From: Hemiscyllium ocellatum
Taxonomy: Eukaryota
DNA length: 64,000 nucleotides
Assembly: GCF_020745735.1 (NCBI RefSeq)
Contig: NC_083412.1
Span: forward strand, 48,983,181 to 49,047,180
Direction: 5' to 3'
A model generated the notes under the pieces. The model made no database searches and was not told where the DNA came from. It saw nothing but the letters and a program-made list of their open reading frames with translations. Shown here piece by piece: positions 1 through 13,525 of this stretch; positions within the stretch are counted from its first letter, which is position 1, and every line of letters begins with the position of its first letter. Both the position numbers and the translations under genes were made by a program.

Positions 1-818
1 ATCCTTAGTAAAAATGCAGACTGGGAGTTGGAATATTATTTTGCCTCATTTGAGATCCTCAGTTTAAAAAATCTTTATTTAACTCATAGCATATCAAAAT
101 CAATATTTTCAAAATGGCCTTTGCTATAGGCATAATATTGAATGCAATTCTAATTGCAGATAGTATCCCTTACTTCCATACCAATATCTACAAGCTGAAC
201 CTGCTCAGGTGAAGTAATGGGTTGGTGGGTACATGAGCAATAGGTATGTAAACAGCACTGTTCAACTTGAAAATCACAGGTTTTCATGTTTATACAATTG
301 TGCATTTATAATATGTGGACTTTAATAATCATATTCTGAATGTTAACACATTGCTTTATTACATAAGGTGTGCAGGGGTAATGGCTTCTCCCATTTGTCT
401 GTTTATCTGGAAAGAATGTACCTCAAAATCTAATGGACACATTTTGTTGAAACTCGATGTGCAGGTATGGTCCATGGAATAATTGATTAGATTTTGGTGA
501 AGATGCAGAGTGGGATTGTTGAGTTTTTTCTTTAAAGGATTGACTGGGAATTAGAATGAATTGCTGATTACTTTAGTATGTTGTGGAATGCCTTAGCTGC
601 TGTGGTGGAATTTGTTGCACCAGCCAGAATGTGAACAGAGTTTTCAGAGCAGGCGGTTGGACATGGATTGCCATGAAGCTTCCCACAGTGTGTTGAAAGC
701 TCTTAGTTAAAAACATCAACATTGCAGTGGCAGAGGAGCAACCAGGCAGAGAATAATCTCATGGAAGAGTTGCATATTTGTGACATCAGCGAGTTACTGC
801 AGCATGATAGAGATATGT

Positions 819-941
819 CACCTGATGAAGGAGCATCGCACTGAAAGCTAGTGTGCTTCCAATTAAACCTGTTGGACGATAACCTGGTGTTGTGCGACGT
901 TTAACTTTGTACACACCAGTCCAACACCGGCATCTCCAAAT
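819..941 (+). mobile_element. Penelope-like terminal fragment, family B, starting at a hammerhead-like motif
   Basis: cac-CTGATGA-aggagcatcgcact-GAAA-gcta-gtg followed by a tail (aaacctgttggac..aacctggtgttgtg..tttaactttgt) shared with 29181, 50757 and 53473. PLE origin is inferred by analogy with family A. Confidence 0.6.
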
Positions 942-944
942 AAT

Positions 945-1205
945 GTTTTTCTACAACCTCTACCATCAGGGAGAAGGTACAGAAGCCTGAACATACACAC
1001 CAGTCGGTTGTGTAAGTTTCTACCCTACTGTTGTTAGAATACTGAAAAGCTCACAAACTCTTAACATTTAACCGTATTTGTGTTTTTGTCTTTGACGCTG
1101 TTTACTTTTATTTATTTATCAGTGCTACTTAACTCTGTGATCTGCCTGGATTGCTTCCAAAACAAAGCTTTTCACGTGACAACAAATTCAATTCAATTCA
1201 ATTCA
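945..1205 (+). mobile_element. Rex1/Babar-like LINE 3' end
   Basis: Encodes LPSGRRYRSLNIHTSR, then (frameshift) SFYPTVVRIL, the typical C-terminus of this clade; ends in (ATTCA)4. Confidence 0.7.
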
Positions 1206-1364
1206 TCTTCTGGCCTTGTTTTAATACCTTAATACGATTTAAAGCAATGTTCAAAACGTCAAACATGCTACTTAGTGCCAAAGTAATTTCTTAATAGCAG
1301 CATAAATAATAGCTTCTATGGGCATGTTTTTAGTTGCTTATGAAGTGTGAATGATATTGGCAAA

Positions 1365-2260
1365 ATTAACATTTATTGACAATCCATAGTTATTCTTAGA
1401 AGGTTAAGATTATTGCTAGTCTTCCATTTGAACCAGTATAGTTCTTATTGTGATGTGACTGCAACGATGTTTGCATTTGAATTCCTGATCCTAAACATCA
1501 GCAATAAAGGAACAGTGATATTCATCCAAGTCAAGATGGTATGTGAGAGAGCAACTTGAAAATCATGTGACCAATCTTGTAGAACATGTCAGATTGCCAT
1601 GAATAGGCTTGAGGTAGGACTCCTTTCCACTGGATCAACAAATCTCACCTCAGAGAGTTGCCAATCATTCAGAGCCAGGATGTTCTCTAGTTGCCCGAGT
1701 GTCACTGGGAGCAATGGGCGCTTCTGGTACTGTAGTCAAGATGAGGTGAGCTGCACAGGATCCAGCCAACATGTGGGTTAGTTAGGGTATCCCCAAGTGC
1801 CAAGTAAGCAGGCCCTTGTGAAATGGGGATTGGAGGGTTAGGACGTGAGGGGAGTTCAACCTGAGATGGGATAATTCTTGCCTGGCATTTTGTGATGTGT
1901 CCATGAGACTCTCCACCAGGACGGGTTTCACACTTGACATAATCGTCTCCCTCAGCCAGCTCAATCCCAGTACTGGCAGAAAGTAATCACTGTTTACAGA
2001 TTCCATTTACCCCACAGTTTGGTAGGCTATCCATCACCCCTCTTAAAATTGCGACCTGCTGGATTTTAATTGGCTCCCAGTATATAGACCCATTGGTCAG
2101 GGTGTCTCTTATCCATTCCATGCGGCTCTCCTGTCCCTCCTGGTGGTAGAGTTCATGACCTGGGAAGTGCTATTAAATCAAGTTTAGTGAATTGCTGCAG
2201 TATGTTTTGTATGTCACACAAATTAGGCCAGGGTGCACTGGGTGTGGCTATTGAATCATG
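1365..2260 (-). mobile_element. Highly decayed L2/CR1-clade LINE 3' fragments
   Basis: Patchy similarity to the LINE tail seen at 28400-28735 and 63890-64000; boundaries uncertain. Confidence 0.3.
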
Positions 2261-2716
2261 TGACAGAAGTCCCCAGCACTAGCTGCACTTTCTAAAATAG
2301 GAAAAATATAAATTAACAGGATGCTGACTGGACAGAGACAGTTTACACATTTTTCGTAGAAGTGCAACAAATGGCTGAGGAAGTAAAATGAACACTAATG
2401 GTTTTTGAAACCATAAGGCTTACATACTTCCATATTTGTTATCTAACCCTGCAGGCACTGCTTACTTCTCTTGCTGCTCCTTTAGCGAAGATGGTTAAAT
2501 TTCATCATATCTTACCCCACATTGTTATTTGGAACTGGTGAGTTGCTCTGAAATTCATGTGACCTGTGTCTTTTGGCTTGGTTCCACTTCAAAATTAGAC
2601 TTGCTCTGTCAAAGTAGCAGGGACATCTCAGCAACCTTGGATATGCCTCAGCAGGAAGAGAAAAACATGCAAACTCGTTCAAGGCCAATTTCCAGTTCCG
2701 GTGATGTTTGGTAGGC

Positions 2717-3216
2717 TTGAACATCGAACATAGAACATTACAGTACAGGCCCTTCAGCCCTCGATGTTGCACCGCCCTGCTATACTAATCTGAAGCCCAT
2801 CCCACCTACACTATTCCATGTACGTCCATATGCCTGCTGAATGACGACTTAAATGCACTTAAAGTTGTCAAATCCACCACCATTGCAGGCAAAGCATTCC
2901 ATACCTTTACTACTCTCTGAGTAAAGAAACTACCTCTGACATCTGTCTTATACCTATCTCCCCTCACGTTAAAGTTGTGTCCCTCGTGTTTGCCGTCATC
3001 ATACTAGGAAAAAGGCTCTCCCTGTCCACCCTATCTAACCCTCTGATTATCTTGTATGTCTCTACTAAGTCACCTCTCAACCTTCTTCTCTCTAACAAGA
3101 ACAGCCTCAAGGCCCTCAGCTTTTCCTCATAAGACATTCCTTCCATACCAGGTAACATCCTAGTAAATCTCCTCTGCACCCTTTCCAAATCTTCCACATC
3201 CTTCTTATAATGCGGT
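2717..3216 (-). mobile_element. CR1 LINE 3' end
   Basis: Minus ORF LERVQRRFTRMLPGMEG...ERRRLRGDLVETYKI; (TATGTTC)-type tail; same subfamily as 56891-60765. Confidence 0.9.
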
Positions 3217-5309
3217 ATATAATTTTATAATACAGCATTATAAGAATATTTAACAACTCTGGGACATCACACAACAGTTTGATTTGATCAATGTTTTCCC
3301 AGCTGTTACCCTTGTCCACTCAAATTTCTCTTTAATTGTATATATCCTTGCCCTGCACATTTTTTATCTTTTTAATGAATAATTCAAAGCATGGGTCATA
3401 TAGGAGATTTGTTACTCCGGAATTCTGGAAATAACAACAAAAATCTTGTGGGATAATACTAACAGAAAGTTATTTCATTCAGTACTAGCCACCATACAAT
3501 TTAATTTCCATCACCCACCGAGCCTCCCATCACCGACAGTATTAGACACTCCAGTTCATTGCTGAACCAGAATTATTTGTTCTTCTTTATTATATATATA
3601 TTCCATATATTGTTCCATATATGTGTACTGGATAGCAATCAATTACAAAAGGAGTCCCCAAACTGTTTCTCTTGCTAATTGAATGTCTCATTTTTACTAA
3701 TGATTTCTAATTTTATTTTTCTCTTTTTGATTTGACTCCTTTTAGCCTTTATTTTGCCAATTGGGAGCAGATTAGGTTTATATAAAATCATATCTGTGGG
3801 TCTTTGACCTTTCATCCAGCCATTAAGATATCGGGCCAAGATGTCTCTGCACCATTCTTCATTTATTTCTGTGGATTCAACTTTTCCACTGTATGTTTCA
3901 CTCCTTCTATGTCTGGGTCCCTCAGTACTTAGATGACCCACATCTCGAAAGTTAATTTCTAACACATTAAATCCAAAATGTTACTCTGGATCGTGATGTG
4001 AAGGTTTTAGAGAACGTAGGGTGGAATCATCAAGGAGCCTGAACAACATGGACTCTGAAGAAAAGTAGCGGAGTCAGAATTGTGAGGGAACGTCCCAGAG
4101 CCTACCTTGGCATTGAGAGCGATTTGCTGCATCTTTAAATTAGTTTCCAGGAGTTGAGGTGAGATTCTCAATAGGGAGAAGTGAGTTGCCTGTTAAGGGG
4201 GATTTATTGCTTGTTAATTGCCTTATTAACTGCACATCAACCTCATTAATCTGCAGCTTCCTACCTGATTACCCATCTTGAGCAAGCTGAATGCCAAGAA
4301 TTCTTGAAATGCAAGTCACAGCGTCTGCCCGGCAGTTTTGGACGGCTGGTCTATGAAGAACCACCATGTTGGTCACCATGCAATCTCGGTGCACATGCCA
4401 GTCACACATACCCCTCAGATACGGACATTGGCATCTCAGAACAGCTAACCCCTCATGATCTTCGCGACATCTCTCCACTCCACTTGCAGTGTTTAGGAAG
4501 CCCAGACCAGTAATGCCTGGTACCCCAGCAGCCAGCTTTGAAAGACTAGTGTGGGTACACTTGCAGACGGCAGAGAATGGCAACCACAGCAAGCAAGTGT
4601 GACTCAAAGTCTTAGGGGAGTAGCCCTTACTGAAACCACGTAGATACCCAGCAGCCCCAGCACAGTGAATCATGGGCAGCCTTCTGTACCAGGCCAGGGA
4701 ATTGGACAGAGTCAGGTGGCTGGTCAGGGTGTCTTCAGTCAGGGGTCCATGCCTCTAAGTGATCTTGGGAGAAGTCAGCATTTTGGAGAAAATGATGTTT
4801 GAAAACCAGCTTTAGTCAGATAAGAATATGAATTTTTGCAGCATCTCGTTCAACCAGAATAATCAGCAAAGAAAAGAGATGAAGTCATTGATGAAGGAAC
4901 TAAAAGATTTAGTTTTCTATTTCATTGAAGGACAGGAGCTAATAAATTACACAAGAACAGAGACCATCTAGTTGATCGTCCAACAGTACAGTCATGATGC
5001 AGATAACAATGTTGGTATCGATGAATAATTAGGGCCTTATGTCCTTTTACATTTTAACCAGCTTGTGAACGGGTATAAATAAATAGGACTCTTGCACCAT
5101 CTGGTGGCCATATTTTACTATTACACCTTCAGTAATCTGACTATTTCTTTCTCACCCAAATGCAGTGATGCTGAATTGGTTTTACTGTTGGTCAAATCAC
5201 CGTCGAACTGAATTCGCTGTAAACAATATCGGTGTATTTGATACCCACTACAGTTGGTTAAACAATACTCCATGCAGCACAAAAGTAAAGTTGACTGTCT
5301 AGTTCAATC

Positions 5310-5537
5310 GCTGCTGAAAATGTGTTGCTGGAAAAGCGCAGTAGGTCACGCAGCATCCAAGGAACAGGAAATTCGATGTTTCGGGCATAAGCCCTTCATC
5401 AGGACTGAATTCCTGATGAAGGGCTTATGCCCGACACGTTGAATTTCCTGTTCCTTGGATGCTGCCTGACCTGCTGCGCTTTTCCAGCAACACATTTTCA
5501 GCTCTGATACTCCAGCATCTGCAGACCTCACTTTCTC
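5310..5537. mobile_element. Palindromic 228-bp Penelope-derived mini-element (two head-to-head hammerhead/tail arms)
   Basis: 92-bp inverted arms 5313-5404 and 5411-5502; 15-bp flanking direct repeat ctgt(c/t)tagttcaatc at 5295-5309 and 5538-5552. Confidence 0.85.
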
Positions 5538-5552
5538 CTGTTTAGTTCAATC

Positions 5553-5860
5553 TTCTAGGAGGAAGTGAGGACTTCTAGGAGAAAGTCAGTCCCAACCCTC
5601 GAACTCAGCACCACCTTCCTAACCTGCAATCTTCCTCCCGACCTCTCCGCCCCCACCCCCACTCCGGCCTATCACCCTCACCTTAACCTCCTTCCACCTA
5701 TCGCATTTCCAACGCCCCTCCCCCAAGTCCCTCCTCCCTACCTTTTATCTTAGCCTGCTGGGCACACTCTCCTCATTCCTGAAGAAGGGCTCATGCCCGA
5801 AACGTCGACTCTCCTGCTGCCTGACCTGCTGTGCCTTTCCAGCAACACATTTTCAGCTCG
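5553..5860 (+). mobile_element. Penelope-like 3' fragment (pyrimidine-rich UTR, hammerhead, tail)
   Basis: C/T-rich UTR, then ttc-CTGAAGA-agggctcatgccc-GAAA-cgtc-gac, then tail ctgacctgctgtgcctttccagcaacacatttt. Confidence 0.8.
5776..5810 (+). ncRNA. Minimal type I hammerhead ribozyme motif (intact core)
   Basis: CUGAAGA, stem II GGGC-ucau-GCCC, GAAA, palindromic ACGU, C17. Confidence 0.7.
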
Positions 5861-6002
5861 TGTCAAGTTCAATGCCTCGCCCACATTAAACTTTATGGTG
5901 CTTTTACAAGAGAAGTCGTTCAGGTGGAGCTATAACAGCAATGCTCAAACTGCAAAATAAGCCATTTTCCAACCTTTCATGGGTTCCCATCTCTGAATAT
6001 AA

Positions 6003-6185
6003 AGATAAAGTCACCATTGTTTAATTGGAGCATAAAGTTCCTCTCTCATTAAAGAGAGATGACTAGTAGTAGCTGAGAAGGATCGTTGTACATGGTAACC
6101 TCAGCTAGTGTGTGGGAATTGAATTAAATTTATGCTAATAGCATCATTCCATTGCAATCCAACCATCTGAGCTAAACTGACCCCC
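6003..6185 (-). mobile_element. Decayed tRNA-derived SINE (second family)
   Basis: Reverse complement resembles 53740-53945 (tcagttagct..ggatgg..gaggttaccatg..ctaatgagag). Confidence 0.45.
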
Positions 6186-6507
6186 ATCCACAGATAACTG
6201 AGTCTGCAGATTGGACTTCTCAGAACCCACCCAATCGAAGGGGAAAGGAGTCATCCACAATTCCAAGAGGCTGCCTAGAAAGAAGAGGAAACCTTTTGCT
6301 GATGTGAGAAATTCACACATCAGAAAAATATCAGGGCCGTCAAGAGATCAAGGGTGATAGAGAGAGAGAATGTCTGGGTGTGTGTATTCAGAGGAAGATG
6401 GGACTTGCGACAAAAGATTTTAGTTTTATAGAGAGACAGCAGAAACTAGAGGAAGTTAAGGAAAGAGTTGATCAAGGTACTCAAAATCATGCCATGATTT
6501 AATAAGT

Positions 6508-7368
6508 AAATAGAGTTACACAGCGCAGATACAGGTCCAACTCATCCATGCCTACCCAGGTTCCAAACTAAACTTGTCTCATTTGCTTGCTAGTGGCCCA
6601 TATCCCTCCAAACCTTTCCCATTTATCTACCTGTCCAAATGTCTTTCAAATGTTGTAACTGTACCTGCAATTACTATTTCCTCTGGCAGTTCATTCCACA
6701 TATGAACCAACCTCTATGTTAAAAAGTTGCAGTTCGAGTCCCTTTTAAATCTTTCTCCTCTCACCTTAAAATTATGCCCTCCAGTTTTGAACTCCTCCAC
6801 CCTAGGGAAAAGACCTTTGTTATCCACCTTATCTATGCCCCTCATGATTTGATAAAACTCTATAAGCTCCAATAGCCCAGTGAAGAAAACTCCAGCTTAT
6901 CCAGCCACTCCCTATAATTAAAACCCTCCAATCCTAGGCACATGTATGTAATTTTTTTCTGCATTCTCTTCAATTTAATATTACCTTTCCAATAGCAGGG
7001 CAACCAGAACTGTACACAGTACTCCAAAAGTGGCCTCACCGATATGCTGTACACTACAACATGACATTCTATATATCTCATACTCAATGGTATCAGCAAT
7101 GAAGGCAAGCTTGGTAAACACCTTCTTTGCCTGTCTACCTGTGATGCAATTTTCAATTAACAATGTACCTGAACCCCGAGGTCTCTCTTCCCAAACACTT
7201 CCCAAAGCCCAATCATTAACTGTATAACTCATACCTGGTTTGTCTTACCAAAATGCAATACCTCACATTTATCCAAATTAAACTACATCTGCCACTCCTC
7301 TGCCCATTGATCAAGATCCCTTTGTAGTCTGAAGTAACCTTCCTCACTGTCTACTATAATAAAGAGAA
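6508..7368 (-). mobile_element. CR1 LINE 3' fragment
   Basis: Minus ORFs with RPLLEYCVQFW, DSEEGYFRLQRDLDQWAEEWQM. Confidence 0.85.
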
Positions 7369-10300
7369 TTTGGTTCCAGAGGCAATTTTCTAACCAGAGC
7401 TTGCAAATTTGTTGACAAAAGGAGTAACATAAAACAATGCAGTGAGAAGTTAAGATCTGAAATGGACTGCAAGAAAGGATTGTTGATTCAATGCTTACTT
7501 TCTGAAAAGTTTTTAATAAGTATTTGACAGGAAATATTTGCAGGACTATGGCGAAAGTGCAGGGGAGTGGGAATATTTGCATATTCTTTCAAACAACCAG
7601 GGCTATCGCTGTGACTGAACAGCCTCTTTCTGAGCAATAGTATTCCATGATCCTATATATTATTATTAAAAATAGGTGAGTTCTGTGAATTAAAACTATT
7701 TAACAGTTTATATATGGCCTTGCCTTGACATGTCCAGTCCCTTTTAAAACAAGCTGTAAAGTGCACATAGGAGTACGTGCTAAAACCATGGTGCTTTGAT
7801 CAGATCACAACACTACTGAGTGGCTTGACACTGGGCGTGGATGAGCATTCCCTTATACACAAGGGCTCAGATATTCTATCAGGATCAGAAGCTCTATTTC
7901 CAAACTTGATCAGAAAACACAGACTCAATGCATGAATTCTCCTCTGGAAATTCATGGACAGGACCATTCTGTTACAAAGCAAGGGTGACTTGTTGAAGAA
8001 TCCTCACGGCCAACCATGGAGAGGATCACCTTGGAAAGCATGCCCCCTCTAGCAGCAGTCTATGTTCTGTGATGTAAATAGCCATCAGCACATCTCCTGT
8101 GGGAGAGTAGGTAAAGGATGGCAGGTGGGTTGGGGGTTATTTAGATGCCAGATGGGTGAAGGGGTTATGGTGACAGGAATAGACCATAGGGTGCCAGATG
8201 GCTGATGGGACGGGTAAGGTCCCAGATGGGTACGGGAGTATAGGCTGTGAGATGGGTCAGGGGATGGGGTGTGAGATGAGTGAGGACTGAGTGCCATGCA
8301 TTAGAGTATTAAGTTGATAAGTGTTTTGGATCATGTTGGAGATGGCTCAGGGAGCTCATGTCCAGCAGAGATCATGGGGTGGCAATGTTAGGAAGAGGGT
8401 GTGTGTTGACAGCATGGAAGTGGGAAGGTGTCAGGAGGTAGGGAGAGAGTAGTTGGATCTGAAGGATGATGGATTGAGGTCGGGAGAGGGAGAATGTATT
8501 TGGGGATTCAATTTAATAGTTACTCCATGATTAAAGAATGTTTTTAATCCTCTAACTTTTCCTAAATAACTATTGACCTGGAGAGTTGGACTTTAAGGAG
8601 TTTTTCAGAAGGTTTTACAAAGGGGAGTTGCTGATTGGAGTTTAAAATTAATGGTTGATTCCCTCAGAGACAGCTGTGTTGGGATTTCCACATGGTCTGA
8701 ATGCACAATTTCAACTCTGCTCCAATGGCTCCCTTAGAGAAAAAATACCTACAGATGTTGGAATCCAAGGTAGACAAGCAGGAGTTTGGAAGAACACAGC
8801 AAGCCAGGCAGCACCAGGAAATGGAGAAGTCAGCTCCCGAGCCATTGGAAAATCTGGTACAAATATTTAATCTACTTACAACAGTGACGAGCAGTGCTGT
8901 AATAGAGAATATCTGAAGTTAAGCCCCACTGGTAACACTGCCATTGTCAGGAAATCATCACGGACATACCCCCTCAGATCATCCCGAAGGTGGAATATAC
9001 AATGGGCAGAAGCTGAAAAGATGCAAGTTCTGCCCCAATGATTGAAAAGTCATCTCAATCACAACAGTGCTTTTGTGCTGCATTAGTCCTAGTGGCCTCT
9101 AGTCAGTCTAGCACTCTAATTATGTCTTGGAGAACCATGACAATAGGATATAGCAAAGCCTGTATAGACTCCAAGGGTAGGCATGGTGTGCAGAAAGATG
9201 TCAAAGGCTACTTCTTTAATGATAACTGACTGCAGATCTTGTGCTTATATAATCATGGAGATGAAGCTACAGGAAAGAGGGAACACTAACTTTGTCATCC
9301 TTATTTATACAGATGATCAAACAGGGTCTGATAAAGACAAAGGGATTGAAGGGAGTATACAGACCAGTAAATTACCATGTGGGTTTAAATGGTGTAAAAG
9401 CCTGCACCAGTAGATACTATTCAGAGCAAACAGGCAGATAACAGTCAGAGGGGAAACCTCAGAAACTGATAGCATAGTCAACACAGAGTGCAGTATGTTC
9501 CAAGTAAGTTACAGATAACATTTACTGTTAGTGCTTTTTGTGGTTAGTGCTAGTTTTCTTAGTGTGCGTTTTGTTATCTAAATAACCTTAAATATGAATC
9601 CATGTACATTTTATTTGTATATAAATACAGATGAAAGTATGTCAGAGCAGGTTGTGTTTCTGGAGTCCAGTACATGTCCAGTTTATGGATGGTGGAACAG
9701 TCCCAAGACAAATAGGAACTTAGAAATGCAGGAAATAGCTGAGAAATTGAAAACTATTGATTGATATTTAAAATATGGATTTGTCTGCCTTTCTCCCACC
9801 ACACTTTGTTGGTAACTTTGTTGAAAATGTGCTTGTGGCCTTCTGAAGATAACTGATTTCTGGAAGTGTTCCAGGTAACTATTGCCTGTAGATTTTCATT
9901 GTATAACATGACAGATTAAAATATTCAACAGACAGATGTGAGTGTACTACTGTATCCCTCACAATTACAATTTGGAAATTGTTCACAGATTTCAAGGAGA
10001 GAGCTGTTATTACAACAACAATTACCTCCACGTGAGTCAGGCCTTTTTTTTACTCAACAAACTTTAATTTATGCTGATTAATAATATTGTGTCAGTGGAT
10101 TAGGACCCTGATTCAACATTCTAATGGTATCACGGAGCAACACAGAGCTGAGCGTAAGTACCACTGATGGGCAGTTACAACAATCTGGAAGAAGGCTGCA
10201 GACTTCTAAGCTTGCAATACTGTCTCAGAAAGACACACTGAGAACACCTGAATCTTAAAATGTGAAGAAGATAGATTAGTTATTACCCAGTGGAACTGAG

Positions 10301-12939
10301 AGTCAGAGCTTGGTGTGATTACCATGTATCACAGCATTGAGCATTAATGCATGAGAATCGATAGTAGAATGATGAAGGCTCAGCCCGAAGACAGACCTTG
10401 TCTCTGCCTTCTCCCGGACCAGTCTTAAAAAGAACCCAAACTCATTGCGTGACATCACAGAAAAGATAGTGACCACACTGGATCCATTGCCCAGAAAAGC
10501 AGTGGAGATGAAGCAACAGATATATATGGCCTGGAGAAGAGAAGAATGTTTCAAAAATCTTTTGAAGAAATCACTAGTACAGCTTTAAGACTGAGTAGCA
10601 GCGAGAAAAGCCACCGAGCTGACAGTCTCAGTGAAGGAGGTAGTTCTGCATAGAAACTCCTCCAGAGAAACCACCAGAACATTGTAAGTCATGAACACGT
10701 CTTTATCCTTTGTTCATGAGATGAGGGTGTTGCTGATGGTTCCAGCAATTGTTACCTATCCCGAATTACCTCTTGAACAGAGTGACTAGCTCAGATCATT
10801 TCAGAGAGCAGTTACGAGTCAATCACATTGCATGAAGTCACATCTGGGTCAGGCCAGGAGAGGATGACAGATCCAATTACTTAAGGAAAGGGACATAAAA
10901 AGATAAGCCAAGGAGTACAATTTAAACTTCTACTATTGAGTTAACAAGTTTCTGAACCATTGAATCAATGAAAAGTTTAATGAAGTTAAGATAATTCTGC
11001 AGATTAAAGAACACTGATTCGCAAATGGAAACAAAATAAAATATGCAACTTGATGTATCAAAGGCCTAACAGTGAAACTTGTGAAATCGTTATTATTTCC
11101 ACCATTTGAACAGCAAATTTGAAGTATTATCCAACAAATAAATGTTATCAATTTCATTAATTAGAAGGCAAAAGAAATGTGCGAGACTGACCAAATGGCC
11201 ACAAAAATACCTGGAATGCAAAGGAAAGATAAGTGGCAATTATCTTATAGTCGATATCTTGATTCAGTCAGAAAAATCATGGGATCTTATTGTGTGAAGC
11301 CAGATTGAGAACATTTCAACTCAAAAACCTTTGGCATTCTTCGAAAAAGAAGACATTCGAGGCAGTATCTGCTGACATCTCTAACTGTGAGCAACTAAGC
11401 ATGTGTGCTCACATGCATACACAATTCCAAACCCATCACATCATGTGAATTTTCTCAGTAACATCACATGCAAAGGCCACATGGTGCATGTGTTGAGCAG
11501 AAGTGATATTGAAAGAGGTTCAGGAGAGGAAGTGAGGACCAGGCCAGGGAGGGGGATGTGGGATGGAATGGAGGCCCTCTCCCCTCTCTCTCTCTCTCTC
11601 ACTCTTACTCCACATCCTGCCCCTCTGTCCCAGGCCACATTGCCAGTCCCCCTCTCTCCTGCTCTCTCCAGGGACACATTGGGGGCTATTCTCACTCTCT
11701 GTTCCTATTTAAAACCCCAAATGCAAACTTAAGCAATACATAACTGGTGTCAGCAAATGCAACCAATTTTCAGTTGACCTCTATTAAGAAGCTGTAACAG
11801 TAAAGGAAAGCCAAACTTTACACTGGAAACAGCGTTTGCCAGGGTTCCTAGAGGGGTCAGTGAAGATTATGGCAAAGGCAATGAAGTGATACTGACAGCC
11901 ATTGTTTTGATGGGAAACAGCAATATTTTTAAGAAGGTGGAATTCAGGTTTAAAGAAAATTCATTAGTTTATTTGAATCTGAACTTATGAGATCTGAAAC
12001 ATTTAAAGGATGACACAATCAAGGTTGTTACTGTCCGAGATTAAATAAAATTGTTTGACTTCCATTGTTAAGAACATTGTAAGGATACTTTAAGACTCGC
12101 AAGAAGATAGAAATAGTAAATGTGCTTTGTGTTGAGAATTTGGAACAGTTTAAGGAAAAGAGCTGTATGATCTGATTCAGTAGTTCAAGTAATTGTGTTG
12201 TGTATTTAAAATGCTTGTAATTAAGTCACCACAACCATTTCTGTTAGAGAAACTTATAAATCGGGATAATCTATAGTTGGATAACACAATTGCAAATAGA
12301 TAGTGACCATCCACATCTTCAGATATGGTGGACAGAAGAAATCAGATCTCGAACCCAAATTGAAATGTTCGGTACAGATCAACAAACAATGTGATAGTAC
12401 AATCAATGGGCGAACATGTGGGTAAGCCTTTGGGGTGAAGCATAATTATATGATAACATGGATTTGAATGATGTTGCATCACTTGGGGAGGAAGGTGTGT
12501 AGAGCTCAAGGTGGGAATTGAGGAATTAGTGGGAGCTGTTAGACTAACACTGGAGGCAACCGTAATAAAAGCTAATGCACAACAGAAGAGAACAGACCCC
12601 ATTCACTGAGATAACTGATGGGCACATGCGACATCAAAGAAGACATTTGCAATATGCCCTGAGCAAACTGGTTTGGAGCAAATGAAAATGGTATATTTAC
12701 AGGGATACGGAAAAGGAAGAAATGCATGGAAAGTGCAAGGTTTGGTAAAAAGTGCTAATGACATCTAGTGAAGATGAAAGAGGTGTGGAAGAATGTGGGG
12801 AAGTTCGGTCCTGATGGGTCGATGGGGAGTGCCAAGAAGAAAGGATGATGGAAGTTGTTGGTGGGGGGGGGGGCGCGTTGGGGTGGAGGGAGCAGTGCAG
12901 TTACGGGAGGTGATGTGGTAGCAGTGGATTGGGTGAAGG

Positions 12940-13195
12940 TGGGGTGGTGGGAGGTGGGGTGTGGGGAGGTGGGGTGGGGGTAGCCATGGGGTGTGGGGAG
13001 GTGGGGTGGGGGGAGATGGTGTGGGGGAAGGTGGGGTGGGGGGAGTAGTGGGGTGGGGGGAGGTGGGGTAGTGGGAGTAGTGGGGTTGGAGGAGGTGGTA
13101 TGGGGGGAGGTAGGGTGGGGGGGAGGTGGTGTGGGGGTACGTGGGGTGGGGAGAGTAGTGGGGTTGGGGAAGGTGGGGTGGGGGAGTGGGGTGCC
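12940..13195 (+). repeat. G-rich low-complexity tract (GGGGAGGTGGGGT-like units)
   Basis: More than 25 G4-G7 runs separated by 1-7 nt. Confidence 0.9.
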
Positions 13196-13525
13196 TTTGA
13201 TTACCAGGCTGACCCTGGAACTCACTGGGCCACATGTGCCCTGTGCCCTCATTATAACAGTGCACAATGGAAATGGAAAACAGCTGTAAGCACACTCGAA
13301 ATGGGTGGAATGCTTTCGGGATTTCTAACCTGGTGACATCCTATTCCATCGGAAAACACATTTTATCTTCCTGGCTGCATTATACTGCCACATAAGGGAA
13401 AGGTGGCAGAAGCAGGGATTTAATGGGGGAGAGGGCATGACATCTGCTTGCACTATCATCACACTGGAAGGGTTTGTGAGCTCCCTGAAGGAAAGCTGAT
13501 TATTGTGTATAGGAAGGCACCCGAG

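Noticed and set aside
4269-4673. 134-aa minus ORF / possible Harbinger C-terminal remnant on +
   Set aside because: Only vague motif resemblance (LK..RL..S.G.L.Y); not enough to call.
8730-8831. Second possible PLE tail starting at the cleavage site
   Set aside because: Too decayed: the adjacent bases could be a degenerate ribozyme core, so the breakpoint cannot be placed.
8934-9420. Possible piggyBac-like remnant (SKLPCGFKWC)
   Set aside because: A single weak motif; no other transposase features.
9989-10683. Exon-like segments (9989-10031 with ag/gtgagt; ~10333-10684)
   Set aside because: The 43-nt piece does not keep phase 1-1, the larger piece has stops in all frames, and no recognisable domain was found.
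12755-13336. Pro-rich and Gly-rich ORFs (extensin-like)
   Set aside because: Translations of the G-rich low-complexity tract.
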